From an uncultured delta proteobacterium (GTDB taxonomy: Bacteria; Desulfobacterota; Binatia; DP-6), in assembly GCA_963815115.1 (NCBI GenBank), contig CAWFFN010000009.1:992001-1056000 (forward strand): a stretch of 64,000 bases of DNA, written 5' to 3'. Below, piece by piece: positions 15,186-25,145 of this stretch. Within the stretch, counting starts at the first letter, position 1. Every line of letters begins with the position of its first letter. The position numbers and the translations under genes are program-made. The notes under the pieces are model-generated. The model did no database searches, was not told where the DNA came from, and was given only the letters and a program-made list of their open reading frames with translations.

Positions 15186-16516
15186 TGGCGGACATCACGG
15201 CCGGACGCGCGCGCCGCATGCTATCGGTGGGAGGGCTCACGACCTCGGTCGGCGGCAGCTATCTCTGGCAGGCGCTCAAGCGGCCGTTCCAGTCGACCTC
15301 CCGGCAGGAGGCGACGCTCCTCGACACCCACATCCGGAACGCCCGGCGGCTGGTCGAGCGCTCGAAGGAGCTGCGCGGCGCGTTCATGAAGATGGCGCAG
15401 CTCCTGAGCATGCGCCAGGACCTCTTCCCGGCCGAGGCGCTCGAGGTGCTCTCGGTCGTGCAGTCGTCGGTGCCGCCCATGCCGTGGGCGAAGGTGCGGC
15501 GCATGATCGCGACCGAGCTGGGAGCGGCGCCGGAGGAGCGCTTCACCCGTTTCGAGCACGAGGCGTTCGCCGCGGCCTCGCTCGGGCAGGTGCATCGGGC
15601 AGAGCTGCGTGGCGGCAAGCACGTGGTGGTGAAGGTCCAGTATCCCGGCGTGGCCGACACCGTGCACCAGGACATCAAGAACATCCGCGCGCTGGTGCGC
15701 GTCTTCGACTCGATCGCGCGTGACGTCATGCGCCAGGACGTCGACTCGCAGGAGGTGGTGCACGAGCTCGAGGAGCGTCTCGCCGAGGAGCTGGACTACC
15801 GGCGCGAGGCGGACAACCTCGAGCGCTTCGGGAAGCTGCTCGCGTCGGACGACGAGGTGATCATCCCGCGCGTCCATCGCAAGCTGTCGGCCGGTCGCGT
15901 GCTGACGATGGATCGGCTCGATGGCTACCCGCTCCAGGACATCATGGCGCCGGGCGTGGACCAGGACCTGAAGGACTGGGTGGCGATCAAGCTCTTCCGC
16001 CTGCTGTGGCGGCAGATGTTCGAGCTGGGCGCGCTGCACGCCGATCCCCATCCCGGCAACTATCTCGTGACGCACCACCCGAGGATCGGCATCCTCGACT
16101 TCGGCTCCGTGCGCTTCTTCGAGCCCGAGGTGCGCCTGGGCTACCTGCGGGTCGCGCGCGGGCTGCTCGCCGGCGACGACGCCGCGGCCGGCGCCGCCGC
16201 GACCGACCTGGGCTTCGTCGAACGAGGCGACGATCCCGCGCCGTTCATCGAGATCCTCCGCATCGTCTGCGAGCCCGTGCTGGTGGATCGGCCGTACGAT
16301 CCGCGCGACTACGACGTGATGGAGCGGGGGCTGCGCGCCAGCCAGATCAAGCTGTCGCATCGCCTCTACAAGGCGCCTGGCCACCAGGTGTTCTTCCTCC
16401 GGGCGCTGGTCGGGCTGGACGGCTACCTCCGAACCTTCGGCACCGTACGCAACTGGCACCGCCTCTTCCGCGACATCGTCGACGCCGTCCCCGAGGTCGG
16501 CGGGAGGATCGCATGA
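15185..16516 (+). CDS. AarF/ABC1/UbiB family atypical kinase
   Basis: [46 protein letters not shown]. Confidence 0.9.
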   Translation: MADITAGRARRMLSVGGLTTSVGGSYLWQALKRPFQSTSRQEATLLDTHIRNARRLVERSKELRGAFMKMAQLLSMRQDLFPAEALEVLSVVQSSVPPMPWAKVRRMIATELGAAPEERFTRFEHEAFAAASLGQVHRAELRGGKHVVVKVQYPGVADTVHQDIKNIRALVRVFDSIARDVMRQDVDSQEVVHELEERLAEELDYRREADNLERFGKLLASDDEVIIPRVHRKLSAGRVLTMDRLDGYPLQDIMAPGVDQDLKDWVAIKLFRLLWRQMFELGALHADPHPGNYLVTHHPRIGILDFGSVRFFEPEVRLGYLRVARGLLAGDDAAAGAAATDLGFVERGDDPAPFIEILRIVCEPVLVDRPYDPRDYDVMERGLRASQIKLSHRLYKAPGHQVFFLRALVGLDGYLRTFGTVRNWHRLFRDIVDAVPEVGGRIA

Positions 16517-17034
16517 GACGCTGGTTCGCCATGTCCGCCATCGGCCGCGATCGCCCCGGCATCGTCGCCGACCTCGCCGAGCTGATCTACGAGTGCGACT
16601 GCAACCTCGAGGACTCGCGCATGACGATTCTCGGCTCCGAGTTCGCCGTCCTCCTGCTCCTCTCGGGGCAGGGCGACGACGTGGAGCGGCGCCTGTCTTC
16701 GGGCTGCAAGCGGCTCGAATGGGAGAAGCGCCTCACGGTGTTCATCCGGCCGCTCGAGGAGCCCGCGGGGATGCCGCCGCGCGGGGCGTCGCTCGAGTGC
16801 GTCGTCACCGGGGTGGACGAGGCCGGCATCGTCGCACGCGTGGCGCGCACGGTCGCCGACCACGGGGCGAACATCACCGACCTGCACAGCGACCTGAGGC
16901 CCGAGCCCGAGTCCGGGACGCCGATGTACACCATGCGCCTGCGGCTGGTCGTGCCCCCGGAACACGACGTGCGGGCGCTGTGCCAGGCCCTCGAGCGTGT
17001 CGCGGCGGAGCTGCGGGTCGACCTCAGCGTCTAG
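16513..17034 (+). CDS. GcvR-like tandem ACT-domain protein
   Basis: AIGRDRPGIV..CNLEDSRM and TGVDEAGIV..GANITDL. Confidence 0.8.
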   Translation: MRRWFAMSAIGRDRPGIVADLAELIYECDCNLEDSRMTILGSEFAVLLLLSGQGDDVERRLSSGCKRLEWEKRLTVFIRPLEEPAGMPPRGASLECVVTGVDEAGIVARVARTVADHGANITDLHSDLRPEPESGTPMYTMRLRLVVPPEHDVRALCQALERVAAELRVDLSV

Positions 17035-17077
17035 CGTCCGGCACGCCGCGCCCACCCCGGCCCGTGGACCCGGCGGG

Positions 17078-17761
17078 CTACGGCCAGGCGAGCGGGGACG
17101 GCGCGCGCAGCCCCGCAGGGGTGAGGAGCACGGCCGGGGCATCGGGTGCCTCGCGCCAGACGAGCCCGAGGTGCGTCGTGCTGGGCGGTCGCAAGCTCTC
17201 CACCCCGATGGTGGCCGGCCGCCAGCGACCGGCGACCTGCGTGAAGTCGTCGTCCTTGCGGATCTTCACCAGGTTGCTGATCGAGTCGCGGTAATACTTG
17301 GTCTGCACGATGACGTCGCGTTCGGGATCGATGGTGAGGACCACGAGCGCATAGGCCGTCGGCGGTGCCGGCGCGCCGGTGACCACGACGCCGAGCGGAT
17401 TCTCGTCGCTCACCTGCGCCACCGGCAGCGAGCCGACCCCGAAGGGCTCGAGGTCCTCGAGCAGCACGTCGGTGCCGGGGAGTGCGGCGCCGATCGGGGC
17501 GCGCACCAGGCGGCGGCCGCGCGCGACCACCACCTTGCCGGGCGAGAGCAGCGCGCGGGCGCCGCCGCGCGTCTCGAGATAGAGGCGCTGGCCACGGGAG
17601 AGGAGGACGGCCTCGCCGACCACCGCGCCGTCGCGCTCGATGCGTACGTCGGCGCGCAGCAGGCGAGGAGCGCTGGCCTGGGCGGCAACCGCCGGCAGCA
17701 GCTCGTGCAGCGCCACCGCCTGCGCGGCTCGCGGACACGCCGCGACCGCGAGGTAGAGCAT
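17078..17761 (-). CDS. Exported LolA-like (outer-membrane lipoprotein-sorting type) protein
   Basis: Signal-like N-terminus, GTDVLLEDL motif, beta-rich; start could be 17803 or 17761. Confidence 0.5.
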   Translation of the reverse strand: MLYLAVAACPRAAQAVALHELLPAVAAQASAPRLLRADVRIERDGAVVGEAVLLSRGQRLYLETRGGARALLSPGKVVVARGRRLVRAPIGAALPGTDVLLEDLEPFGVGSLPVAQVSDENPLGVVVTGAPAPPTAYALVVLTIDPERDVIVQTKYYRDSISNLVKIRKDDDFTQVAGRWRPATIGVESLRPPSTTHLGLVWREAPDAPAVLLTPAGLRAPSPLAWP

Positions 17762-17853
17762 CAAGACCCCGACGCGGCTATGGTGCCAAGGCCGCTCCAT
17801 CATGCGTCGATCATCGCCAAGCAGACCGACGGGTTCAAGGAGGACGTCCGTTC

Positions 17854-18657
17854 ATGAAGAGTTGGCGGGGGCTCGTGCTGGCCGTGCTCGTTGCGCTGGC
17901 GCTCGCCCAGGCTGGATGGATCGTGTTCCCCTGGGTCCGGGACCTGGTCTTCCCCCCCGAGCAGACGTCGGCGGCACGCGGGTTCCGGGTGGCGGTCTCG
18001 TCCGGCTGCTTTGCCTGCCATGGCCCCGGCGGAGGGGGCGGCGTGCACAACCCCGGCAGCAAGGAGGGAGAGGTGCCGGCGTTCACCGAGCAGACCCAGA
18101 TGATGTACGTGAAGACCACCGACGATCTCCGCGAGTACGTCCTGGACGGCGCTCCGAAGCGGCGCCGTGAGGACCCTGACTACGTCGCGCAGGTCGAGAA
18201 GGCGGGCCTCCACATGCCCGCCTACCGGGGGTTCGTCACCAACGCGCAGCTCGAGGATCTGGTTGCCTACCTGCGTGCCACGTCGGGACAGATCCTTCCC
18301 GACGAGAAGCTCGCCGCCAAGGGTGCCGACCTCGCTGCCGAGCTCGACTGCTTCTCCTGCCACGCGCCGATGGGTGCCGGCGGGGTCCCCAATCCGGGGT
18401 CGTTCAAGGGCTACATCCCGGGCTTCTGGGGCGCGGACTACGACGAGCTCGTGCTGAACGACGACGAGCTGCACGAGTGGATCGCGGAGGGGCACCTGGA
18501 CCGCATCAAGAACCATCCGGTCGGCGGCATCTACTTCGAGCGTCAGCGCACGAAGATGCCGGCCTATGGTGACTTCATCTCGGCGGATGACGTCACCGCC
18601 CTGGCGGCATACGTGAAGTGGTTGCACGAAGGCGCGTGGAAGCCGCTGCTGAAGTGA
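17854..18657 (+). CDS. Membrane-anchored di-heme c-type cytochrome
   Basis: N-terminal TM; CFACH and CFSCH in two repeated halves, each ending MPAY (Met ligand); AGGAGG SD. Confidence 0.85.
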   Translation: MKSWRGLVLAVLVALALAQAGWIVFPWVRDLVFPPEQTSAARGFRVAVSSGCFACHGPGGGGGVHNPGSKEGEVPAFTEQTQMMYVKTTDDLREYVLDGAPKRRREDPDYVAQVEKAGLHMPAYRGFVTNAQLEDLVAYLRATSGQILPDEKLAAKGADLAAELDCFSCHAPMGAGGVPNPGSFKGYIPGFWGADYDELVLNDDELHEWIAEGHLDRIKNHPVGGIYFERQRTKMPAYGDFISADDVTALAAYVKWLHEGAWKPLLK

Positions 18658-18658
18658 C

Positions 18659-18767
18659 GCAGCGGGTGCGCAAGAAGGGTTCTGCGGCTACGCCCCCGAT
18701 CCGGACCCGGCCGATCGACTGGGGTCTGGGGGCGTACGCCAAATCCCGCAGCGCAAAGGCGCGCTGC
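18659..18767. other. Long imperfect nested inverted repeat between convergent genes
   Basis: GCAGCG..CGCTGC, TGCGG..CCGCA, TACGCCCCC(18689-97)..GGGGGCGTA(18728-36), GACCC..GGGTC. Confidence 0.55.
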
Positions 18768-18780
18768 ATGGGAGGGTCCG

Positions 18781-19251
18781 TCAGGCCGGGTAGAACCGTC
18801 CGTTCAGCACCTGCTCCGCCGACCAGGGACAGCTGGCCGGCAGCTCCACCGTGTCGAGCCCGGTCTCGGCTGCGGCCCGCTCGACCGCGGCGGTCCAGCG
18901 TCGTGAGAGCTGCTTCGCAACCTCGACCCTGAAGCTCGGGTTGTCTGCGAGAAGTTCCTCGATCTCCGCCCGCTGGACCACGATGGTCGTCTTCCACGAT
19001 CTGGACCGCTGATCCGGCTGCAACTGCCATTTCAACAGGTGCGAGAGGAGGACGACGATTCGACGGATCAGTTCTCGCCGTTCCCGCCGCCCCATGTCCT
19101 CCACCTCCTCTGCCACGTACTCGACGTCCACCTCTTCGAAGCGGCGTTCGCGCAGCAGCGCGGCCGTGCGCTGGGTCCACGCGAAGAAATCCGCCTCGTA
19201 GTCGGAGCCTGCTGTCGGCGGAGATGTCGGCACGGGATCGACCGTCCGCAT
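18781..19251 (-). CDS. DUF29 family protein
   Basis: YEADFFAW, EEVEDMGR.E, LLSHLLKWQ.QP, SW..TI..QR, NPS, LP..CPW. Confidence 0.88.
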   Translation of the reverse strand: MRTVDPVPTSPPTAGSDYEADFFAWTQRTAALLRERRFEEVDVEYVAEEVEDMGRRERRELIRRIVVLLSHLLKWQLQPDQRSRSWKTTIVVQRAEIEELLADNPSFRVEVAKQLSRRWTAAVERAAAETGLDTVELPASCPWSAEQVLNGRFYPA

Positions 19252-19299
19252 GGTGCTCCTCTACCTCCGCACCGACGCGGGCGCCAGCGGCCGGGGGTG

Positions 19300-20136
19300 C
19301 TAGTTGTTCGGCGCGCCGGCCTGGATCCAGGCGAGGATGGTGTAGATCTCGGCGTCGGTCATGCAGCCGCCGGGCTGCGGCGCCAGCGGACAGCCCTGGG
19401 GCATGAGCGTGCCGTTCGGTCCCTTGAGGCCCTTGCCGGTGATCTTGCGGGCCAGGAAGCTCTTGGCGATGCTGCCCGGCACGACGACCAGGAGCTTGCC
19501 GCCTTCCGCCGACGGCTTGCCGACGATGTTCGCGTAGGCCTCGCCGACGTCGAGCGCCTGGTTCTCCTGACGAGAGGATGCGTCGTGACAAGCCGGGATG
19601 GCGCAGCGCTGCGTGAAGATCGGCTGCACGTCGTTGGCGAACGAGGGCGCGGCCGGCGAGCACGAGAGGCTCAGCTTGTCGGGGTCCTTCTTGCCGTCCG
19701 CGACCGCGACCACCTTGACCCGCGCGACCCCCGGCCTGATGGGCGTGATCCCGTTGCTCGGCTTCACCGGGACCGCGAAGCCCGGCGCGGTACACTGCCC
19801 CGGGGTGAGCCCCTCCATCGCACCGGCGAGGGCCGCGCTTGCGGTGAGCTTCCGTGGCGCCACCTTGACGCTCGTCATCCCCGTGGCGCCGCAGGCGCCT
19901 CCGACGTCGAAGCACGCCTGTACCGGGAAGGTGCACACGCCGTCCGCGGTACCGTCCAGGTCGCATGCGGTGCCGTCGACGCAGGTGGTGGTCCCCGCGG
20001 AGGCGATGCCTCCCCATTCGACGATGCAGTCGGTGGCCGGGGGGCCACCACCGGGAACACAGTCGGGCGGGCACACCGCTCCCGCGAGCCGTGCGATCAG
20101 CAAGGAACCGAGAATCAGAAGGAGACCGTGCCGCAT
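19300..20136 (-). CDS. Secreted Cys-rich protein with C-terminal cytochrome-c-like domain (CX4CH)
   Basis: Signal peptide; Cys-rich N-domain; SFANDVQPIFTQRCAIPACH, VVPG...S, MP, ILAWIQAGAPNN. Confidence 0.65.
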   Translation of the reverse strand: MRHGLLLILGSLLIARLAGAVCPPDCVPGGGPPATDCIVEWGGIASAGTTTCVDGTACDLDGTADGVCTFPVQACFDVGGACGATGMTSVKVAPRKLTASAALAGAMEGLTPGQCTAPGFAVPVKPSNGITPIRPGVARVKVVAVADGKKDPDKLSLSCSPAAPSFANDVQPIFTQRCAIPACHDASSRQENQALDVGEAYANIVGKPSAEGGKLLVVVPGSIAKSFLARKITGKGLKGPNGTLMPQGCPLAPQPGGCMTDAEIYTILAWIQAGAPNN

Positions 20137-20349
20137 GCAGAGTACAACACCGGAGGTCCGGATTGGTGTCAACGGACCTTCGGGCGACGCGCCCTCCGTG
20201 GCGGCTGCCCGGTCACGTGCCGCGCCCGATCGGTCGCGGCAGACGCACGGGGACCCATTCGGGAGACCCGGTGTGAAGTGAGACATGGTGCGCGCTCGCG
20301 CGCGCTTTGTGGCGAGCGGGGCAGTGCTCCGCGGCCCCGGGCGTCGCCG

Positions 20350-20553
20350 TCAGTCGAGCTTGTTGACGTTCGCCGCTTGCAGTCCCTTGGGTCCCTGGGT
20401 CACCTCGAACTGGACCCGCTGGCCCTGCTCGAGGGTTCGGAACCCGCTTCCGCCGATCGCGCTGTAGTGCACGAAGACGTCTTCCCCTTCATCGGTGGTG
20501 ATGAAGCCGTACCCCTTCTGGCCGTTGAACCACTTGACCTTGCCCTGTGCCAC
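20350..20553 (-). CDS. cspA: Cold-shock protein (CspA family)
   Basis: [34 protein letters not shown]; GTG start; long 5' leader. Confidence 0.95.
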   Translation of the reverse strand: MAQGKVKWFNGQKGYGFITTDEGEDVFVHYSAIGGSGFRTLEQGQRVQFEVTQGPKGLQAANVNKLD

Positions 20554-20750
20554 GGAACTTCTCCCTTCCCTCTGTTGCTGTCGAGCCGCGCCGGACAAGC
20601 GAGGGAAAGACGCTTGGTGCCTTCTCCTCAACAAACCAGCGAACGCGGCGGCAGATAGCACAGCGACTCCCGAGAAGGCAACATGAACTGCGCAAAATAC
20701 CGCGCCCTGCGCGGTTGCAACCAGCAAGGCCCTTCCCTTAAGAGGGCGCC

Positions 20751-21755
20751 ATGACGGTGGGTGCCGGGCCTGGGCCCGCCGCCGCGACGCTGCCGCGCCG
20801 GCACGACGCACGCTCCCGCCGGCCGCGGCGTCGCCGCACCACCTCGCCGGTGCGCGACCGCCTCGAGTACGTCGCGCTGAGAGGGGTCGTGGGTCTCCTC
20901 GCCGCGCTCCCGCTCGGGCTCTCGTTCCGCGTCGCCGAGGCCGTCACGCTGCTGGTCTACTGGCTGGCCGCCCCGCTCCGACGCGTCGGGCTCACCAACC
21001 TCGCGATCGCGTTTCCCGAGCGGCCGCTCGCCGAGCGCAAGCGCATCCTGCGCGAGTCGATGCTGAACCTCGGCCGCATGGCCGCGGAGCTCGCGCACCT
21101 GCCCCGCCTGAGCGACGAGCAGCTGCGCGAGATGGTCCGCTTCGAGGACGAGGCCTGGTGGCGCGAAGCCATCACCTGGGAGCGGCCGACGGGAGTCCTC
21201 ATCCTGAGCGGCCACTTCGGCAACTGGGAGCTCCAGGTCTATGCCCACGGTCGCCGCGGCCACCCGATCACCATGGTGCACCGTCCGATCCGGAACCCGC
21301 TCATCGACCGCTGGCTGAACGAGTTCCGCGCGCGCGCCGGCACGCGCCTCATCCGCAAGCACCACGGCGCCGGCCAGGTGCTGCGCGCGCTGCGCGAGAA
21401 GGCGCTGCTGGTGATCCCGTTCGACCAGAACTCGACCCGCGGTCTGGGTGTGTTCGTCGACTTCTTCGGCCTGCCGGCCAGCACCAACGCCGGCATCGCC
21501 CGCATCGGTCTGCGCGCCGATGCGCCGATCGTCCCCGGCTTCATGGTCCGCCAGGGGCGCAGCGCGCGCCACGTCATCCACGTGCTGCCCATCATCAATC
21601 CGGAGCACACCGGTGACCCGAAGGCCGACGTGCTCCGCACCACCGCGCAGCTGTCGGCGATCTTCGAGGACATGGTGCGCCGCCATCCCGAGCAGTGGCT
21701 GTGGGTGCACAAGCGCTGGAAGACGCGCCCGCCGGGCGAGCCGAAGATCTACTGA
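20751..21755 (+). CDS. Lipid A late acyltransferase (LpxL/HtrB family)
   Basis: [27 protein letters not shown]. Confidence 0.88.
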   Translation: MTVGAGPGPAAATLPRRHDARSRRPRRRRTTSPVRDRLEYVALRGVVGLLAALPLGLSFRVAEAVTLLVYWLAAPLRRVGLTNLAIAFPERPLAERKRILRESMLNLGRMAAELAHLPRLSDEQLREMVRFEDEAWWREAITWERPTGVLILSGHFGNWELQVYAHGRRGHPITMVHRPIRNPLIDRWLNEFRARAGTRLIRKHHGAGQVLRALREKALLVIPFDQNSTRGLGVFVDFFGLPASTNAGIARIGLRADAPIVPGFMVRQGRSARHVIHVLPIINPEHTGDPKADVLRTTAQLSAIFEDMVRRHPEQWLWVHKRWKTRPPGEPKIY

Positions 21756-21802
21756 TCCGCCGAAGCTTGACGGGCGTGGTCGATCGCTCTAAGCAGTCGC
21801 TC

Positions 21803-22438
21803 GTGAACAAGACGGCGCTCGAGAAGGCGCGCGAGGCGCCCGGGTCCACCAAGGCCCGCATCCTGTCGGCGGCGGAGGAGGTGTTCGCCTCGCGGGGGTT
21901 CCCGGGAGCGTCGACGCGCGAGATCGCGGCCCGGGCGGGCGTCAACATCTCGAGCCTGCACTACCACTGGGCCTCGAAGGAGACGCTCTACTTCGCCGTC
22001 TTCCGCAACATCTTCGATCGCCTGGTCGACCTCGTGCGGGACGCCCTCGAGCCGCTGCAGGCCCAGCACCAGGATCGCAAGGCCATCATCGATCAGACCA
22101 TGGATCGTCTCTTCGACTTCTTCGCGGACAACCCCAACGTGCCGAAGCTCCTCGTCCGCCGCATCGTGGAGAATACGGACATCGACGTGGGCGTCGAACG
22201 GGACGTGCTGGTCCCGGCCTGGGGCGTGTTCTCGGCGTGGATGAAGCGGCTCGGCCAGAAGCTCTCAGACATCGACTCCCGGCTCTTCATGCTCACGCTC
22301 AACTCCGTGATGCTGGTCTATCTTCTCGACAGCCAGTCCTATCAGAGCGTCCTCGGCGGCAGCGTGCGGAGCGGCCCGCTGCGCGAGCAGGTGCAGGGCC
22401 ACGTGCGGCGGCTGGTGCAGGTGCTGCTCGGCATCTGA
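21803..22438 (+). CDS. TetR/AcrR family regulator
   Basis: RILSAAEEVFASRGF..STREIAARAGVNISSLHYHWASKETL HTH. Confidence 0.9.
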   Translation: MNKTALEKAREAPGSTKARILSAAEEVFASRGFPGASTREIAARAGVNISSLHYHWASKETLYFAVFRNIFDRLVDLVRDALEPLQAQHQDRKAIIDQTMDRLFDFFADNPNVPKLLVRRIVENTDIDVGVERDVLVPAWGVFSAWMKRLGQKLSDIDSRLFMLTLNSVMLVYLLDSQSYQSVLGGSVRSGPLREQVQGHVRRLVQVLLGI

Positions 22439-22453
22439 CGCCCGCGGATTGGC

Positions 22454-23457
22454 ATGCGCGCTCTCATCACCGCCTCCTTCGACCCGGCCGCGAAGGCGCG
22501 CCTCGCGCGCCACATGGACGTGGTGCACGAGGACTGGAAGGAGCGTCAGTCCATCTACTTCGACGGCGCCGTGTTCGCGAAGCGCATCACGGAGGCCGCG
22601 GCCGACGTGCTCATCGTGGAGGCCGACCTGGTGCACTCGGAGGTGCTCGACGCCTGTCCCTCAGGATGATCGGCGTTTGCCGCGGCGATCCGGTCAACGT
22701 CGACCTCGAGTTCGCCACCCGCAAGGGCATCCCCGTCTTCCACACCCCGGGCCGCAACGCCGACGCGGTCGCCGATCTGACCCTCGCCTTCATCCTCATG
22801 CTGGCGCGCCATCTCCCGGCCGTCTGCAGCGCCTACCGCGGCGGCGAGGCCACCCGCGTCGAGCGGGCGAGCGACTACCTCGAGATGTACACGCGCTTCA
22901 CCGGCGTCGAGCTGGGCGGCCTCACCGTCGGCCTGGTCGGCCTCGGCGCCGTCGGCCGGGAGGTCGCCGCGCGGCTCGCCGCCTTCAAGGCGCGCCTCCT
23001 GGCCTACGATCCCTACGTGCGGGAGGCTCCCGCCGGCGTCACGCTGTGCGATCTGGAGACGGTCCTGCGCGATGCCGACGTCGTGTCGCTGCACGCGCCC
23101 GTGACGGTGGAAACGCAGGGCCTCCTCTCGGCCGAGCGGCTCGCCCTCATGAAGCCCGGCGCGCTCTTCATCAACACCGCGCGCGCCGCGCTCGCCGACG
23201 AGGACGCGCTCTACGACATGCTGCGGACCGGGCGGATCGCCGGCGCCGCGCTCGACGTGCTGGCCCAGGAGCCGCTCCAGCCCGGCAACCGCTTCCTGGC
23301 GCTCCCGAACGTCGTCGTCACCCCGCATCTCGGCGGCGCCACGACCGACGTCACCCGGCACCACAGCGACATCATCGTCGACGCCATGGAGCGCTGGCTG
23401 CGCGGCGAGCGGCCGCGCTGGATCGCGAATCCCGCGGTGGCCGGCGGACGAGGCTGA
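22454..23457 (+). pseudogene. D-isomer 2-hydroxyacid dehydrogenase split by a -1 frameshift near 22658-22662 (real lesion or sequencing indel)
   Basis: ORF 22454-22669 is the N-terminal substrate domain; the -1 frame continues LRMIGVCRG..NVD..TPGRNA..GLGAVG..INTAR..LDV..TPHLGG. Confidence 0.75.
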
Positions 23458-23459
23458 AC

Positions 23460-24974
23460 GTGGCAACGGACGTCCTCGTCACGCTCGACGCCGGCACCGG
23501 CTCCGGCCGCTGCGTCGTGTTCGACGTCCGCGGCCAGCCGATCGCCGCCGCCCAGGAGGCGCTCAGCTACCGGTTCTTCACCGATCCCGACCTGCCGCTC
23601 GTACGTGGCTTCGATCTCGACCCGGTGGCGTTCTGGGAGACGCTCGGCCGCTGCGCGCGCGAGGCGCTGGCGCAGCTGCCGGCCGACGCCCGCATCCGGG
23701 GCGTCATCGCCACCGCGCAGCGCGAGGGCTGCGTCTTTCTCGATCGCGACGGCCAGGTCCTGTACGCCGGTCCGAACCTCGACGCCCGCGCCGTCGTCCA
23801 GGGCATGGAGGTGCAGAGCCTGATCGCTCCCGAGCGCCTGCACGCCATCACCGGGCACGCGCCGCCCTACATCTTTCCGGTGTCGCGCTTCCTCTGGTTT
23901 CGCCAGCATCACGACGCCCGGCGGATCGCCACGCTGTTCATGCTGAACGACTGGATCGCCCACCTGCTCGCGGGCGCCCGCGTGGCGGAGCACTCGAACG
24001 CCAGCGAGTCCATGCTCTACGACGTCACGCGCCGCACCTGGTCCGACGAGATCCTGGAGACCCTCGACATCCCGCCCGAGATCCTGCCGGCGCTGTGCGA
24101 GGCCGGAACGCTGGTCGGTCGGGTGTCGGCGGGGGCCGCCACCATGACCGGCATCCCGGAAGGTACCCCGGTGTTCGCGGGCGGAGCGGACACCGAGAGC
24201 GCGCTCCTCGGCAGCGCGGTGCACGAGACCGGCCAGCTCGGCGCCGTGCTCGGCACGACCACGCCCGTGCAGCTCGTCGTCGACCGGCCGATGCTCGACG
24301 CCGGCTGCAACCTGTGGACCAGCCCGCACGTCGTCGCCGGCCACTGGGTGCTCGAGAGCAACGGGGGGGATACGGGCAGTGCGTACCGCTGGCTGCTCGA
24401 CCTGTTCTGTGGCGGTGTCGACGCCGGGGCGCACGAGGTGGCCGAGTCGGCGATGGCAGCCGTGGCTCCGGGCCCGCAGCAGATATTCTGCCACCTCGGT
24501 CCCGCGGTGTTCGATCTGCGCAACATGAATCCGTTCCAGCCGGCCGGGCTGCTCTTCCGTTTTCCGCTCCTGCACATCGACCGCCCGAACCGTGGCGAGC
24601 TGCTGCGCGCCTTCTTCGACAACGTCGCCTATGCCATCCGCGGCAACTGCGAGCAGATCGCGGCGGTCGCGGGAGAGAGAGCCCCCACGCTCTGGGTGAG
24701 CGGCGGCATGACGCGAAGCCCGACCCTGCTCCGGCTCGTCGCCACGACGCTCGGCGTGCCCCTCGGCGTGGCGGAGGTACCCGAAAGCGCGAGCCTCGGC
24801 TGCGCCATCCTCGCCGCCGTCGGCGCCGGGCTCCACCCCGATCTGCGGGCGGCGGTTGCGGAGATGGTGCGTACCCGGACCGTCGAGCCCGACGTCGCGC
24901 ACCAGAGTGCGTTCGACGAGCGCTATCGCAAGTGGCGCGAGCTGTACGCTTCCCTGCACAGCTGGACAATCTAA
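23460..24974 (+). CDS. FGGY carbohydrate kinase (LsrK/YoaC-like)
   Basis: LDAGTGSGR, AQREG, NLDARA, SNASES, GGADT, VSGGMTRS; GTG start at 23460. Confidence 0.85.
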   Translation: MATDVLVTLDAGTGSGRCVVFDVRGQPIAAAQEALSYRFFTDPDLPLVRGFDLDPVAFWETLGRCAREALAQLPADARIRGVIATAQREGCVFLDRDGQVLYAGPNLDARAVVQGMEVQSLIAPERLHAITGHAPPYIFPVSRFLWFRQHHDARRIATLFMLNDWIAHLLAGARVAEHSNASESMLYDVTRRTWSDEILETLDIPPEILPALCEAGTLVGRVSAGAATMTGIPEGTPVFAGGADTESALLGSAVHETGQLGAVLGTTTPVQLVVDRPMLDAGCNLWTSPHVVAGHWVLESNGGDTGSAYRWLLDLFCGGVDAGAHEVAESAMAAVAPGPQQIFCHLGPAVFDLRNMNPFQPAGLLFRFPLLHIDRPNRGELLRAFFDNVAYAIRGNCEQIAAVAGERAPTLWVSGGMTRSPTLLRLVATTLGVPLGVAEVPESASLGCAILAAVGAGLHPDLRAAVAEMVRTRTVEPDVAHQSAFDERYRKWRELYASLHSWTI

Positions 24975-24980
24975 GCGCGC

Positions 24981-25140
24981 GACCCGAGACTGCGTCTCGG
25001 GTCGGGACGGAGAGCGAGAGTTGGAACTCGATGCACAGTGCGGCTGTCGTGCCGCGGCCGGCGGGGGGACGCCACGAGCCGGCGGCGCGCGTGCACCGAG
25101 GACCGCGAGCGAGCGGGGTCCTCGATCCCGACCGTCCCGA
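24981..25140. repeat. Structured intergenic repeat, copy A
   Basis: GACCCGAGAC-TGC-GTCTCGGGTC hairpin, then about 70 nt closely similar to 33702-33770. Confidence 0.7.
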
Positions 25141-25145
25141 GTGCC

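Noticed and set aside
17774-17789. Possible third sigma54 site (TTGGCACCATAGCCGC, minus strand)
   Set aside because: The -12 element is weak (CCGC) and the gene start is uncertain
24981-25140. Hairpin repeats as a possible CRISPR array
   Set aside because: No regularly spaced direct repeats with spacers and no cas genes
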